Assembly: GCA_964057225.1 (NCBI GenBank)
Contig: OZ059899.1
Location: 7,316,001-7,380,000, forward strand
Reading direction: 5' to 3'
Source: Auanema rhodensis
Lineage: Eukaryota > Animalia > Nematoda
DNA: 64,000 bases
Below the pieces are notes generated by a model. The model was not told the DNA's origin and ran no database searches. It saw only the letters and a program-made list of their open reading frames with translations. Each line of letters begins with the position of its first letter. The stretch's first letter is position 1. The translations under genes and the position numbers were made by a program. Shown here piece by piece: positions 24,980 through 38,733 of the stretch.

Positions 24980-27335
24980 TCAATGATTTGAGGATCCTTC
25001 AATAGATTCTAAAGTGAATTTTTCGTTTTCTTTTGTACAATCTTCAGGGAGATAATCTGGAAGAGGTCGGTTTTTCGTCTCTGGGAGAAACAAGATAACT
25101 ACTAAAAGTTGAATAGATAAAAGACATGCAAATACAATAAAAGGCAAAAGATAATGTTGAAATCTCAAATGGACAATCTGAAATATGATAAATATATTTA
25201 TGAGAATATAAAAAGAATCGCATACCAAAGGAGCAGCGACAGAACCCATTCTGGCCCCTACATTACAGACGCCTCGAGCCATATTTCGCACCTATAATTA
25301 CCATTTTATCGAAATAGACATAATCATAGTTTTCTATTTAAATGAATTTCAAAGATTTTCATGTTATGAAATAAAAATATTTTCAACTACTGCTATGAAG
25401 TATTGATAACATTTCAAATTCATCGAACCATGGGGAAAAAACTTACAACAGTTGGGAACAACTCAGCTGAATACAAGTGAGATATCTTCCATGTTGGATC
25501 TAATGAACCAGCCACAAGTAAAGATAAGATTGTAATGGAAATCGATGTCGAAGAAATCCCAAGAAATTGCCCCAGGCAAACAGTCCAAGCAGATATGCAA
25601 GCAATAGTTAGTGAAATAGATACTATAGGCTTTCTACCCATCCACGGAGATGCTAAGAATGGAATAAGGCCTAAACGATTAGATAAATAAAGATAAAACT
25701 TAGAGAACAACCTAAAGCAAATTTAAGAGATCCCATAATTCCCATCGTTGTATATCTGTTCCCAGGAAGCATATCGACGACAAAATAAAACCTAAAATTA
25801 GATTTTTATAGAAGACATACAAGATATGTTACCCGAAAGACACAATTGATGATGCAACAAAGCAATAGAATAAACTGAGTAAAGGTCGATAAACAGACGG
25901 ATAACTAAAATATATTATTCTTAGTTTAAACTTGTATAATCCTGAGATTACCTAAACAGATCAGTATAACCATAACGCCTTGGAGGAACTTGTTTTTGAG
26001 GAGATGAGCTAACAGAAGGAATGGATACTTGAAAACCTAATAATTCATACCAAGTCAGTTCTGAATTGAAAGAAAAATATATATTCTAAAATATAATTTT
26101 ATACCGGAAGGTGCATCCTGACCATTTAAACGACAAATCTTGAGAGCAATTGACTTAGCATCACTTAAACGATGAACTCCTGCTAACCATCGACAACTTT
26201 CAAAGATTTTGTATTGCTAAAATATTAAAACAAATAAAAACCAATTTTAAGAAAAGCCTACACAAGCAAGTGTTGCCAGCAAAGCTGTAAGCGATATAAC
26301 TAAATGATAAGTAAACCAATACTTAGTAAGATAAGCTAACACTGCAACAGATATCTGAATGCAAAAAAAAAATTAAAGATATATTCAATATTCAAGATAT
26401 ACCATTGATGCACTCCATCCATTCATTGAAACTGCGAGTAATCTAGATTCGGCATGTTCAATACATTCAACTACAAGGACAAGGTTTGTAACCTAAAGGT
26501 TTGTTATATGTATTTGACTCTAATAAACAATTCCAACACTGACCATGTAGCCTCCACAAGACATTCCTAATATAAATAATAGACATGAAGTGATTACCCA
26601 TGAGTATGGAGCAATGAAAGAGAATATTAGATTTCCCAAGCTAACCATTATTAGGCTTCCTGAAAAAAAAGTTGAGTATCGAAAAGCCAGAGAACAAACC
26701 ACGAAGTACAGGTTTTCTCCCATATACATCTGCTAACCAACCAGCCAGAAACGCTCCAAACAAGGCTCCTAACATAATCGCAGTAGAGAGTACCGTCAAA
26801 ACCATAGAGCTATTGCATCCTTCACCCCACTCCATAAGTAGAGAGTAATACTCGTCTCTCTAAAATGAAGTTTTGTAAAAACAAAATTGAATTTGTCTAC
26901 ATCAAACGACTCATTAATTTCTTCCAGCATAGTATTATTAGATCTCGTTAATTTATCACAAAATTTCTGAAAAATATCATTTCATATTTCCCAGATTGAG
27001 GCGAAATCAAACCTCACTAGGCTTATAGAACGAGGTTGAAAGCATTGTGCATGCTACAGGAATATAACTTAGCTGGGTAACTAGTAAAACGAACTTTTCG
27101 TATTTCCTATAATAAACTTTCATTTTGCACGACAAGATATTAAAACGTCAGAATTATGCTCTAATCGGTTCGATATGGCTACAACAGTGATAACACTTGT
27201 AGAAAATTTTTTTGTGAATTGAACTATTAAGAGAAAGTTCAAAAATCAACGAAAGTCACGTCAAAATTACAAACCCAAAATCATCTGAAATCGTTCGGCG
27301 TTGTCTTCTCGTAGATGATCGTATCTCAAATCCAT
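24980..27335 (-). CDS. MFS transporter, SLC22/organic cation transporter-like
   Basis: GWLADVYGRKP, FESCRWL, WMGRKP, YSAELFPTV.RNMARG, ARMGSVAAP, LPETKNRPLPD; many hydrophobic helices; stop at 24980. Confidence 0.9.
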
Positions 27336-28098
27336 GCTGGCGAGTTGGCGAATGAAGTGGGGAATAGGAAACGTCGCTAGAATCTACGACGACTGTTGAA
27401 GCCATGCAACTCTATATTCAGTTAAAATTTAAAACATTACTTTCTTCTAAGAATCTAAAAAAACAATTGTTTGGTTAGGAAAACAAAGATCGGAGATAAA
27501 GCAGTCTGAAGTGTTAGTAAACTTCTTTGAAAAATAAAACAAGCTTAGAAAACACTATTCATTTTTATGAATTCTGTGGATAGAAAACCGTATCGGAATA
27601 AAATTAATGTTACAAAAGACATTTTTAAAAGCTCAGCTTGAGTTTTTACAATCGAACTGAGTCAGGTAGAATGGAAACCGTGATAACATAATCAATTCGG
27701 TAAGGTGATAAGAATCTTCAGGATAAACTTAGCTACAAAATACAATGTCAAGTTCACAACAATTTCTATATATGCAAGACAAAATAAAGAATAATTTCCC
27801 CAATTTAGTAATACAGATGTTTCTGATAGCTGTCACAGTTCATTCATTTTCACACGACAGATGCATAGGACGAAGACAGAAAATACATATTTCGAGAGAA
27901 TTCCCTACAACCTACGAATACATAGGAAAACCTCACAATCACATAAGTAACGTTGGAAATCTTGTAGTTCCATTACTTTGAATTCGGGTTATGGTAGCCA
28001 TGACTACCAAAGATAGATGACGTGAACGAATACGTAATTATCACGAATTATTAAAAGAAAAACCCACAAGACATTAGTTAAAATTATAAAAAAAATTG

Positions 28099-30340
28099 TT
28101 AGATGGCCAGATTTCGGCCTTCCAAAGAAACAGTGACAGCTCTTTTTGCTTTGTGTTTTTTTGTCCTCTCCATAAATTCCCTCTGCGTCTTGTCCAAGCG
28201 ATTGAAAGCTTTGCCCTTCCGCTCTCCCTGCCAAAAACAGATTAAGGAAAGCTGAGCTTCACATTTCATACCTTAAATTCTCCTTCCACCAAACTTTTGG
28301 GCCGAACAACATAATCTTTCGTTGACGGTCTAGGAACACGAGCACGACCAATATATCCTTTATCACCGGGTTTTAATGTATCTTGAATTGAAGCCTGTCC
28401 AGAAGTTGACGGACCATCATTACTGTTTTTAGATAGTTTATCAAAATCATTCAAACATTTACTTACCTCATACGCCTTTTTTTAACTTGAGGCATATGAT
28501 CTAAATCTCGCTGTACTCGTTCATCCTTAGATAAAGATCGAAAGTCAGTGTCCAACTGAAGACAAATAATAAAAAAACTTGTAACTCTAATTTGATCCTA
28601 AGGCAAAATATTAAAACTTGACATACTTGGAAAATGGGCCTGGCCCATTCTCGAATGAGACGTGAAGCCATTTCCTTATTATCTTTGGTTTCTCTAGGGT
28701 GTTTATAAAGCATCATCACGGCTTTGCCCAGTCCAGATTGCTTAAGAACACTCTGAAACCGTACAACATGAGAAAGAAAAATAAAAAATTAGAGAAAATA
28801 TTGTTTTCATGAAAGCACTATATACCTGCTCCAGTCTAGTGAAACCCATCAACAGTTTCAATAACTCAGTTCTGATTTCTAGAGCGGGCAAGCTTTTATC
28901 AGGGAGGGGCGAAAGCCAATCTGAAACTGCACTTAGCATCCCGTTATCGATTAAAGCTTCTGCCATATCCACCTGGAAAGTAGAAACTGTAGTTTAAAAA
29001 GAAATAAAGATTATTACTCTCAGAAGCATTGCTTTTACATCTGCAAGCATCCGTCGTTTCCGTAATGCGGGTTTTCTTTCCATATTGGATATTCTATCTT
29101 CCTTAAACAATCACTCTAAAAGAAAATATGTTTTCAAAAAAAACCTTAGTTGCAGCTTTCATAGCTTCAACCATGGTCGCAATTGCTCCATCATCGTCGT
29201 TAATGATGTCTATACCATCATTTCTTCTTCTTCTTTTTTTCTTCTTTTCTGCCTTCTTGTCTCTTAGCATTATATCGAAATCCCACTCAAACCCTCTAAA
29301 TATGGCAAAAATAATGTAATGTATATAAGAAGAAAAACTAATTCGAAAAATTAACATACGGATCATCATCTCTATCCTCCTTATAGTTTCTCTCTACGCC
29401 AGGATCGTCATCTTCGTCATCTTGTGGAGCTGATTCTTCCTTATTACCCCCTTCGTCATCGGAATCATCCCCAAAGATATTATTCATAAGCTCACCAACC
29501 TGGAATAATTCAACATATGAACATAAAATCTACTTCATTACCTCTTCTTCACGTGGTCGAGCTGATTCGTCCTCAGAATCAGATACATCGGATCCTAACA
29601 ATGTTTTCCTGGAAAAGAAAACAAACAATAGAAAGAAATATAGGAAAATAACAACTTTATATTATCTTTTACATCGCCATTGTCACTTTCTTGATCTGAT
29701 TCCACTAAAACTTTCTTCTCTTTTACTGGACTTGGGTTGTCTAAAGCTTGTTTTTATATGCAAACTTTCAAAGAATCAAACCATCATCATCATCCTCATC
29801 TGAATCAATCATGGGTTTCCGTTTCTTGGGAGATACGTCTTCATCAGAATCATCTGCAGCTTGTCTAAGAGATTAAACAAATGCTCAAAACCATCAGTTC
29901 ATAAAGAAATACCTATTTATTGGAGATTGAGAGCGCGATCTATCACCAGCTCCGCTCGTAATTTCAGTACTTTCATTATGAGCATGCTCTCCAGCATCAC
30001 TATTATCTGAAAACGAACGAATAAAAATATATTAACAACAAAAAAAACGATATTAGTTTTATTAAAACATAATTTTATAAAAGCAAGAATTTTACATTGA
30101 AAAACATTCTTACCATCATCATTTTCCAATGGATTTACTTCTCTTTTGATGCTAGGCCTAAAATACAATAAGTGGCAAAAAAAATAAAATTCTAACACTT
30201 CAATATTTAATTTTGAAAATCAGAGGACAATAAGGAACTATTTATACGAATTCTTACTTTATTTCTTCGTCCAATTCAGGTGATTGTGGACGACTTCCTT
30301 GATCGCCATGTGAACTATTTGGAGAAGAACTTTCGCTCAT
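28099..30340 (-). CDS. IWS1/Spn1 transcription elongation factor
   Basis: Acidic low-complexity N-terminus; [69 protein letters not shown]; stop TAA 28099-28101. Confidence 0.92.
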
Positions 30341-30876
30341 CTTCCTAAAAGAGAAAAATAATTACATTGTTTTAAGAAAAACAGTAGTTGGGAATCTTAT
30401 ATGAAAGAATTCGAAAGTAACAGTCTAAGTAACATGGAATAAATAATATGAAAAAAAAAGCTTTATTTAGGCGTCAGTCTCATATGAATTATGCGTAATG
30501 TACGCAATTGCGGGCCTAAAAATATTGGCTAAGATTGTGTACTTACTTCTCAGGATCAGTTCATTAATAACGAAAATGACCAGCTTATTCATATTAATTC
30601 ATTTCACAAGGCTGTGATAGTTTTATATTTCTTTCTTGTGTAAAAGTGCAAAAGAAATGAGCGGAATTGTTAACTTCTCTCATATGAAACTAAAATGTTA
30701 TTGTTGGATTCCATGGTGATGTAAATTTACTGCTTTTGTTTTCTATTCGGGAAGCAAATTTCACTTTGTAATCTTTCGTGGTACTATATATCTTACAGCA
30801 ATTATAATAAATAGGTAATAAAATTTCATATCGAGTGACATAAAACAATTAATAACTATGATCTGATAGATTCAAT

Positions 30877-33800
30877 TTAAAACTCCAGTTTTTTGGATAA
30901 AGCGTAATTAAGAACAATTTTTTTTCTTGAAGGATTTAAAAACTTGGCCATGGCTAAAATAACATATATTTTGCAGTAACTCAAAAAATACTCACCAACA
31001 AACAGATTAGGATGTTTTGGTAAAAGAATACTCTTCGCACTTTCAAAGGATCTCTCAAACGTATCTTTATCTCTCATTCCTTTTAGCACAGATGCAAAAT
31101 CCTTTGCTAAGCCGGTTTCTTTCATCTTAAAAAAAGGAAGAAAAATTAATAAACATGCATGACTTACTAATTTTGCGAATGCAACCTGGTCCATGGCCAA
31201 AGCAGTGTCAAAATGTTTAGGTAGAGCTTGTGCAGCCTCACGGGTTGAAGGCCGTTTCTTCTGAAAATGAAAAACATAGCTATTATACTTCTATTTAACG
31301 CACCACTTCCGAAGAAAGTTCTTGTCCAATAGGAAGCTTTTCGCCTCTCATTATGACAACTTTTTCATTCTTCTTTTCAAAGGGCTCGTTCGACTTATTG
31401 GGACTTTGATTGGCTAGGCTGAGTTCTCTTGCTGTTTTGTTAAGATTTTCGTTATGAAATTTCGGGTTAGTTTGCGTTATCACAGGATCTTCAGAGTGGG
31501 AGAGCTTTAATTTTTTCTGTCGTCGTACCATATCGGACTCAGACATGTCTTTACTAACCAGTTGTTTTCCTTCCAAAATTAGATCTGAAATGCATATCAT
31601 TAAATGTTATTTGAATGAGTTTTCATCAGTTTTCTCTGCTCATGTATTTGTTCTTACTAGGGCTCTTCGTTTCTTCCTTTTCGTTATCTTTTCTTTTCAT
31701 TGGCCTCTGGCGTTCCGGAAGGTTCATATGGTGAGGGACACTTCCTGCTATTGAAGCTTCTACGGCGTTGTCGGTATCAAATGCTTTCTCAGAAGACGTT
31801 AGATTCCGAGAAGAATCTTCTTTTTGTAAGAAAGGTGTTTTTCTCTGAAAAAAACGGAAGAAATAAGTGCGTATTGTTCATTCGAGTTGTACAAAGCGGA
31901 AAAAATTGAGTTCATGGAATCCTTCAACCATTCAGTCCACTTCTCTAATCACTCTGTGTCACTCAAATTCAAATTTCGACGTCGAAAAAGTTGTACTCAA
32001 AGTGGGTCATCAAAAACGTGTGCATACACCTAATGACATCAGCCTCCCATCTTCTAAACAAGCTTCCTCGGAAGAAGGCGGGGCAGTATGATCGATAGGC
32101 GGGACTTCTATGGATCTTCGAGCCCTCAGTTCAGTTTGTAACTATAGATGTAACCAGTCATTTCCAACTTTGTCACTAACAGCTCCTGATATTAACTTTT
32201 TTATGCACTTCATTTTCGTTTTCTATGCATTTATGTGTTAGTGTGATGACAAATCGATTACTTTTCTGGCATGCTTTCGCCTTACATTTCTTTCAAAATA
32301 AAAATGAATTTCAGTACAAATGGTTTGAAATGCTCGGTACAGCTTTGATATTCTTATTAGCTATAACTATATTCGGGTTCAATATCCTTCTCTTAGTTGC
32401 TATTTCTTCTGACAGCCGTCTACAGGGAACCACAAGTTTGCTCAGCTCCAACTTATGGCTTTGTAATTGTATTACTGCTGTGGTTGTCATATTTTTCAAC
32501 CTCAGCCCACCTTCCACAACGTATATGCCATGTACAAACTCAGTTGATGAATTGAAATTGGTAAGATTTACCTATATCATAGTATTCTTACTTCAAACAT
32601 TACCACAAACGATTAAATATATTTGCAAGCATTACTTCAGAAATTTTCCAGCTGAAGTCACAGCATTAACAATCAGCTCTAGCTCCAGTTTTTGCCTAAC
32701 AGAGCGAAACTTAAAGGGCAAACTAAGATTTTAAAAGGAAGAGCATTTTAGGTGTTCTTCTTTAGCAAACTTTACTATTGCCCGTTTTTTCGCGGGCGTG
32801 GCGGAATTTCTATTTTCCGACTCTGTTCACAGAAGAAACATCACCGGAAACTTTTTCAATTATTTATACCATAAGAACAAAACGGCTTTGTCTTGATAGG
32901 AGGGGCCATATGGGACGGTCGAGACGCGAATGTAGAGTAGTATTTCTCCTTCACCAGCTACAAACTGAAAAAATTCAATGGCAAAGCCTGATGGCCTCTG
33001 AGGACCGAGCGAGACGGATATGAGGGTCGTGTGGGAGTTGCTCTCCGAGCTTCCGCTCCGAATAGCTGCTGCTTCCCGTCAAACCCTTCGCGACCCTTCT
33101 GAATGGCTCTATCCACGCAAATTTAGAGAAAATGTGAAAGATGCTGAAAGCCGGAGAGTCTCAGATAACTCAAAACGACTAGTCCCCTTAGGCAACCACT
33201 TTGTAACTTTGAAACCTGTTCTATTGCTGCCGCAGTTTAAGCATTGTCTACATCAACGTTTCACGCTTTCATTTGATGAGAATCGTTGGGCTGAGAAACT
33301 ACTGCTCAAGTTTTAGACAAGGAGGGAATTCAAATTTAGACTAAAGACCGAGACATTTAAATAACATAAGACACTATGAGATGCATAATTAACCTTATTT
33401 GTAGATTTCGACTATTGCCCCGAAAGAGCGATTGACAACCTCTTTAGAGTTCTTCAGTGCTCGTACAGCCGCCGTTCTTTTCAATTCAACTTTAAGTTTG
33501 CTCACATTGCTTACTATCGGTGTTGTACATGCTTTATCTAGACGTAACTACCATTTGACCAGGTGAGAATTCAACCTTTTTGAATTTCAAAATTCAACAA
33601 ACTTTCCCGTAACATTTTGTGGAGAAAAGTTGAAGCAAATATAGCCCATCAGCCAGTTCATTACGTCTAATCACTCCGAATGAGCAATGACACATTGCAT
33701 TTTAGATTGCAATCTTCTCGTTTGCTGGTATCTACCTGGATCTTGGTTATTTTATTGCTAATAGTGGATTTTTTTTTGGTCAGCTTAGCAGACTCGCTAG

Positions 33801-36800
33801 TACTAGCTATTCCTTTCCATCTTGCTTTGTTATCAGTATTCCTAGTCATCAATGTTGTTATACACATCACAAACATTATCATGTTGACGAGATCTCAACC
33901 AGTAAGTTCAGCTTGCCGCCTTGGGCATTTGTCACTTCCAATTTAAGAATTAAGTGCCAAATCTTATGGTACTTTGTCTTTCTAATTCCTTCTTTGTCAA
34001 TTTTAAGCTCAAAAATACAGACCAAGTGGTCTTTCGAGTAGGAATTTGAATTAGAGAGAGAGCAAGCGATTTGCCTCCTAGTCCCGTGTTCCATCTGTTC
34101 ATTTTTAACTGGCTAGACTAGTCTTGACCTTTTCAGGAGCCTCATTTAAGGAAGCAGTTTGAAGAATCAGTGACAGCTTTGTTTTGGATTTTCTTAAACT
34201 TCCTATCCTTCGTGGTTATAGTTATACGAATAATCTGGAACGGGAGAGGAAAACGAGTAGGAGTATTAATCATGCAAGCCAGAGCATCTCAAAAACTCAT
34301 TTTGCAGGAAAGTCAAGAGTCGATTATGGCACTTGAAATGACGGCATACTCAGTTTTATGTCTAGCCACACCTTTAATAGCTGTTTTACGGGATAGATAT
34401 TTAGAACAGAGTATGAGCACTATAATGAGAAACAAAAGGTGATGGATTTTGACCCATAACAAAAGATAAAATTGGCTAGGTGAACATGAATAGCTTATAT
34501 TCTTCCATTGTTTCTAGTTAAAACCAATTATAAAGAAGGATTATTGAGGTTAGGTCATGGACCCAACTCTCAACTTTTTCGTAACAGAAGAAAAATGTCA
34601 TTGATAGATAACATATTTTGGACTAAGAAAATATGAATCAAAATCAAATCCCGAAATAATATTTTCGCTTTTCAGAGTTCATCACGACGAAGATATTATA
34701 TCGGCGTTGATGAGAGATCCACCTCCACCATATTCTTTGTGATGGAATTTTAACGAATCTACTGGTATTACGTATGAAAATTCCTACTCTTGTATCAATA
34801 TTATTATTAAACAGAAGAAATGTGTAAATAAGTTCTGATTTCTTACTGTTTTCAAGTAAAAATGAGTTATTATAAAACTGAATACACAGCTTTAGCAAAT
34901 TAATTAAACTTTAAAAAAAAACACACTTACTAGTAATTTTACTTTTTTACGCCCAGGGGCAGGAATTGTTGTAGATAAGCAAACGGAACCAAAATTTGAT
35001 GGCACAAGTTCTTGTTGCTTGTTTACAATAAAAGAATTTGAGGTTGAGGTTTGAGCTTCCTGAACATTAAAGTTTCCGATAAAATTTTTTTTAAATAGCA
35101 TACATCGAGGTTTTTTAAAGAAGTAGCATGCGTGACATCAACGTGTGAAATTTTTTCGCTAATTTCACTATCTGATCGAAATTGTAAAGGCCTAAAAATA
35201 TATATGTGTCTCTATCAGATTTGATTTTCATACTCTTCTTCAATTGTGATTTTTCTTCGGCGTTTAGACTGCTTTTTATTCATACGGCTTTGGCTTATTA
35301 AGTTCTCCAAAGCACTTCTTTTAGATGCCTATCGCTACATTATTAACAATTTTAACACAAGGGTCCAAAAATACATTGACTTCAGAACTCCTTTCACCAA
35401 AAAATGATATTAACCGTTTATGGAAGTATTCGTATTTTTCCACAATCTTAAGAGATGGTCGAAGCCATGATGGAAAATTCGTAATATTAGTAGAAGCGAA
35501 TCTAAATTTAAATTAATTCAAATATTAAAAAAAAACAATACCGTGAATCTAATAGAACAACGGTTCCAAAATCATTGATATGACGAAGTACACGTCCAAT
35601 AGCTTGATTAACAGCTCTAAAACCTTCATTTTGATACCAAACGTCTGGATGAGTTGCCTGCAAACGAGAAATAGTACGAGTATATTATAGTAGAAGTAAT
35701 ACGTTGGAATCTTTTAACCTCTGCTCTAAAAGGTACAGTTTTTTTAACATAACACGAGGGTTATATATAGGCGGATAGGGAATTCCAACAATAACTACAG
35801 CTCGAGAAGAAGAATCCGCAAAATCAATCCCTTCACTAACCTAAATTCAAAACTATTTAATTAAAAAATATATTTTTCAACTTTTCCGCGACAAACAGCA
35901 AAAAATAAAGCTCCATTCTCTTGTTGGACAGCAGACTCAAACTGACATCTAACAGAATCAAGTTGATTCTAGAAAATATATGATTGATTGTAAAAACAAA
36001 TATTCCAAAATACTTGTTGCTCAGGTTCCACTACAATTGGTTTTAGAGCCCGAATTCGATCCCAGTAGCAAGGCGATCCATTGGTTCTTAGCATTGTTAT
36101 TGTTTGCTTCATCAACCCATAGGAAGAAAAGAATACCAAGATACCTTAGAAATTAGAAGTCTCTAAATATTTATTCAGAGCAATTCACCTTGGGGCACTT
36201 CCTTAGTTAGATTTAACAGAACTTCGCCTACACCTGTATAATATTCTTGATTTCCTCTATAAAAAAACAATTAAATAGAGACTAACTGAATAAGGTCGTA
36301 ATATATGTAATACCTATTTTTAAAACTGCCAGATAGTAATTCTGTCTGGCCAGGAGCTCGTTTGATTACAGCAGTAAGTACTTGACTGGACTGAGCAGCA
36401 TGAATATTTTCAAGTTTACAGCCAAAATCTCTGAAATAGTGAAAAAACTTTCAAAAAAAAAAGTATAAGTTTACAAGCCAATATTGTCCATAAAATTCTG
36501 AAGAGGAGATAAAGTTCCACTTGTAACAATAATTGTGCGAGCTCCTTGTGCTTTCAACAGTTTCATGGAAAGACTAGCCGAGAAGCACCAGTATTTAATA
36601 ACAATCTTAAAGGTTAAACAACTGTTATCAATTACAAAATATAATTACTGTTGGATCTTCGGATTCTTTTTCAATTTTTTCTAAATACAACTTGAATTTG
36701 TCGATGATGTTCTGGTTATCATACTGCTGAAAAGAAAAACAAAACAATAAACTTGTTCAGGGACTAGTTTGAAACTTATAACTGATTTTTAACCAACCAA

Positions 36801-38636
36801 AACTATGTTTTAATTTTTTTAATCGTAAAATCGGTTGTCAGTTTATAATATAATTTGGATCTCCAAACATTTACGGAAGATCATGAAAGTACTGTAAAGT
36901 AATAACTTACAATAGTTTTAGTCTCAGAAACAGCTTCTGCCATATCTTTAGTATGACTGCAATATACAGTTGTTAAAAATGTATTCAATTTTCGAAGATG
37001 ATTTCCTTGATCAGAAATTGCTCCCTCAGCTAAAATAACTATTCTTTATATTGATATAATTATATACTAATAACCTTCATCGTGAAGTAGATCAGCTGCT
37101 TTTGATAGAATATTTGAAATTTCTGCTGCTTTATCGTACCCAAACTGTGCTTTTTCCAAAACTTCTAGTAAGTAAGTACCAGCGTATACTCTTCCAGGAA
37201 ATTCTTGAAATGCTTTAAAGTTTGCACTATCCTCATAAGCTTCATAAATATATTTTTCAAATTCACATAGCATTTCTAAACCATCAAACTTGAAGAAAGA
37301 GAAAAAAAACCATAAAACCAATAATTCTATATGCAACCCCGATTTCAAAGGCAGGCTCTTCTTTAGCCGTTTGTTTAGCTGCTTCAACAACTCCGGTCGA
37401 GAAAGCTTGATTTCCCAAATCCTGAAAGAGTTACAAAATAGGTGATAATTCTTCCAGATCTTACTAATTCGGTTCTAATTTCCTCTGTTTTTTCCTGCAA
37501 AACATCAATAGCTTTTTTCAATTCTCTCGCAGCCAATGCAATACCAACAGTTGATATCTCAACTGATATGCTTTCTTCACAAATAGATTCCTTGATTCAA
37601 TTAATTTAAATCTCAAAGGTTTTTTATTTTCTTACTAAATTATGAGCTTCATCAAATATTACAACACTTCCTTTCAAATCAACATCATACCGTCTTCGTA
37701 ATTGAGGATCAATTAGATAATTATAAGGCAAGAGAATCAGTTCAGCATTTTCTGACATTTGTCTTGCGCGGAAAAAGGGGCAATGTCTAAATTGAAGATA
37801 TAATCAGTCATGCCAATTCAATAGTCAAAAATATCTACAGACTTATGTTGCTTGGCGATATTAACAATTTCTTCAATGTCTAACGCATTTCCTGAGGATC
37901 CATATATTTCAGTTAAAGTTTCAGAGTTACATTCTTAATTGAAAAAAGGTATTAATTACTAATATCAACTCACTATCTAATTGATTGTAATAATAGCAGC
38001 TGTGCTTGTTAACTAAGCTTCGACACATAACTGACTGAAAGTTACACGTAATTGAAACTTATTTCAGCATAATACATACTTTCACCTGGTTGTCAGGTTC
38101 TAATTTAACCTTTTCGTGTATACAAAGACGCTGTCGGGAAGCAAGAAAAGAAATCGGAATACTGAACTCTAATATTAAAAAAAATTTCTTCTTGTTTTAC
38201 TTTTTGTAAACAGTTTTGTTTAGTTCTCGAACAACTTGCGTCAATTGACTGTGAGTTCTTGATGAATAGTATATTCGTGGTACAAGAAGATTTCTTGTCG
38301 GTGCTCCTTTGGCTTCTACAGAACAATGAACATATCATAAAACAAAGAATATAAAACCATTAGATACGGCAATGACTTGTTGTAAAGTTGGTGTGAAAAT
38401 TGTTTTTTGCTTTTGAATCCAAGCTAAAGTTGAACACAGCAAAGATAACGTCTTTCCAGTACCAGTGGGTGATTCCAGAGCAGCATCGCATTTCTTAAAA
38501 GCGATAATTAGAGAAAAATTGTATTATCCAATACCATATTAAGTGCTTGAATAACCTTTTCCATATAAGCAGTTTGGCAAGCATATGGCTCAAATGGAAA
38601 CTCTACCTCGACATCTCCCACTAATGTTTGAACCAT
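30877..38636 (-). CDS. rtel-1: RTEL1 Fe-S DEAH helicase, with C-terminal exons beyond a 3.1-kb intron
   Basis: [39 protein letters not shown], four Fe-S Cys, [45 protein letters not shown]. The phase-0 donor after 34931 matches the phase-0 TTTCAG acceptor at 31845, giving an open frame to the stop at 30877; the tail resembles the harmonin-N-like helical domain. Confidence 0.9.
32330..34742 (+). CDS. Orphan 7-TM receptor-like protein nested antisense in the rtel-1 intron (possible upstream ATG exon at 32110)
   Basis: Exons ~32315-32559, 33405-33562, ~33706-33901, 34137-34438 and 34676-34742 join in frame. Seven hydrophobic segments; class-A-like G.N (TM1), NL (TM2), W (TM4) and P.I...R (TM7); ends in PPPPYSL*. 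Two GC boxes at ~32075-32105. Confidence 0.7.
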
Positions 38637-38733
38637 TTACTCTGAAAATTAAAAAAAAACTATAACATGCACAATTCTAAAGTAATAACGAGACAACAAT
38701 TACCATACAAAAAATATTTTCTTACAAAAAAAT

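Noticed and set aside
36776-36850. Imperfect inverted repeat in a 180-nt rtel-1 intron
   Set aside because: AT-rich stems, no snoRNA boxes, and too much internal mismatch for a miRNA precursor.
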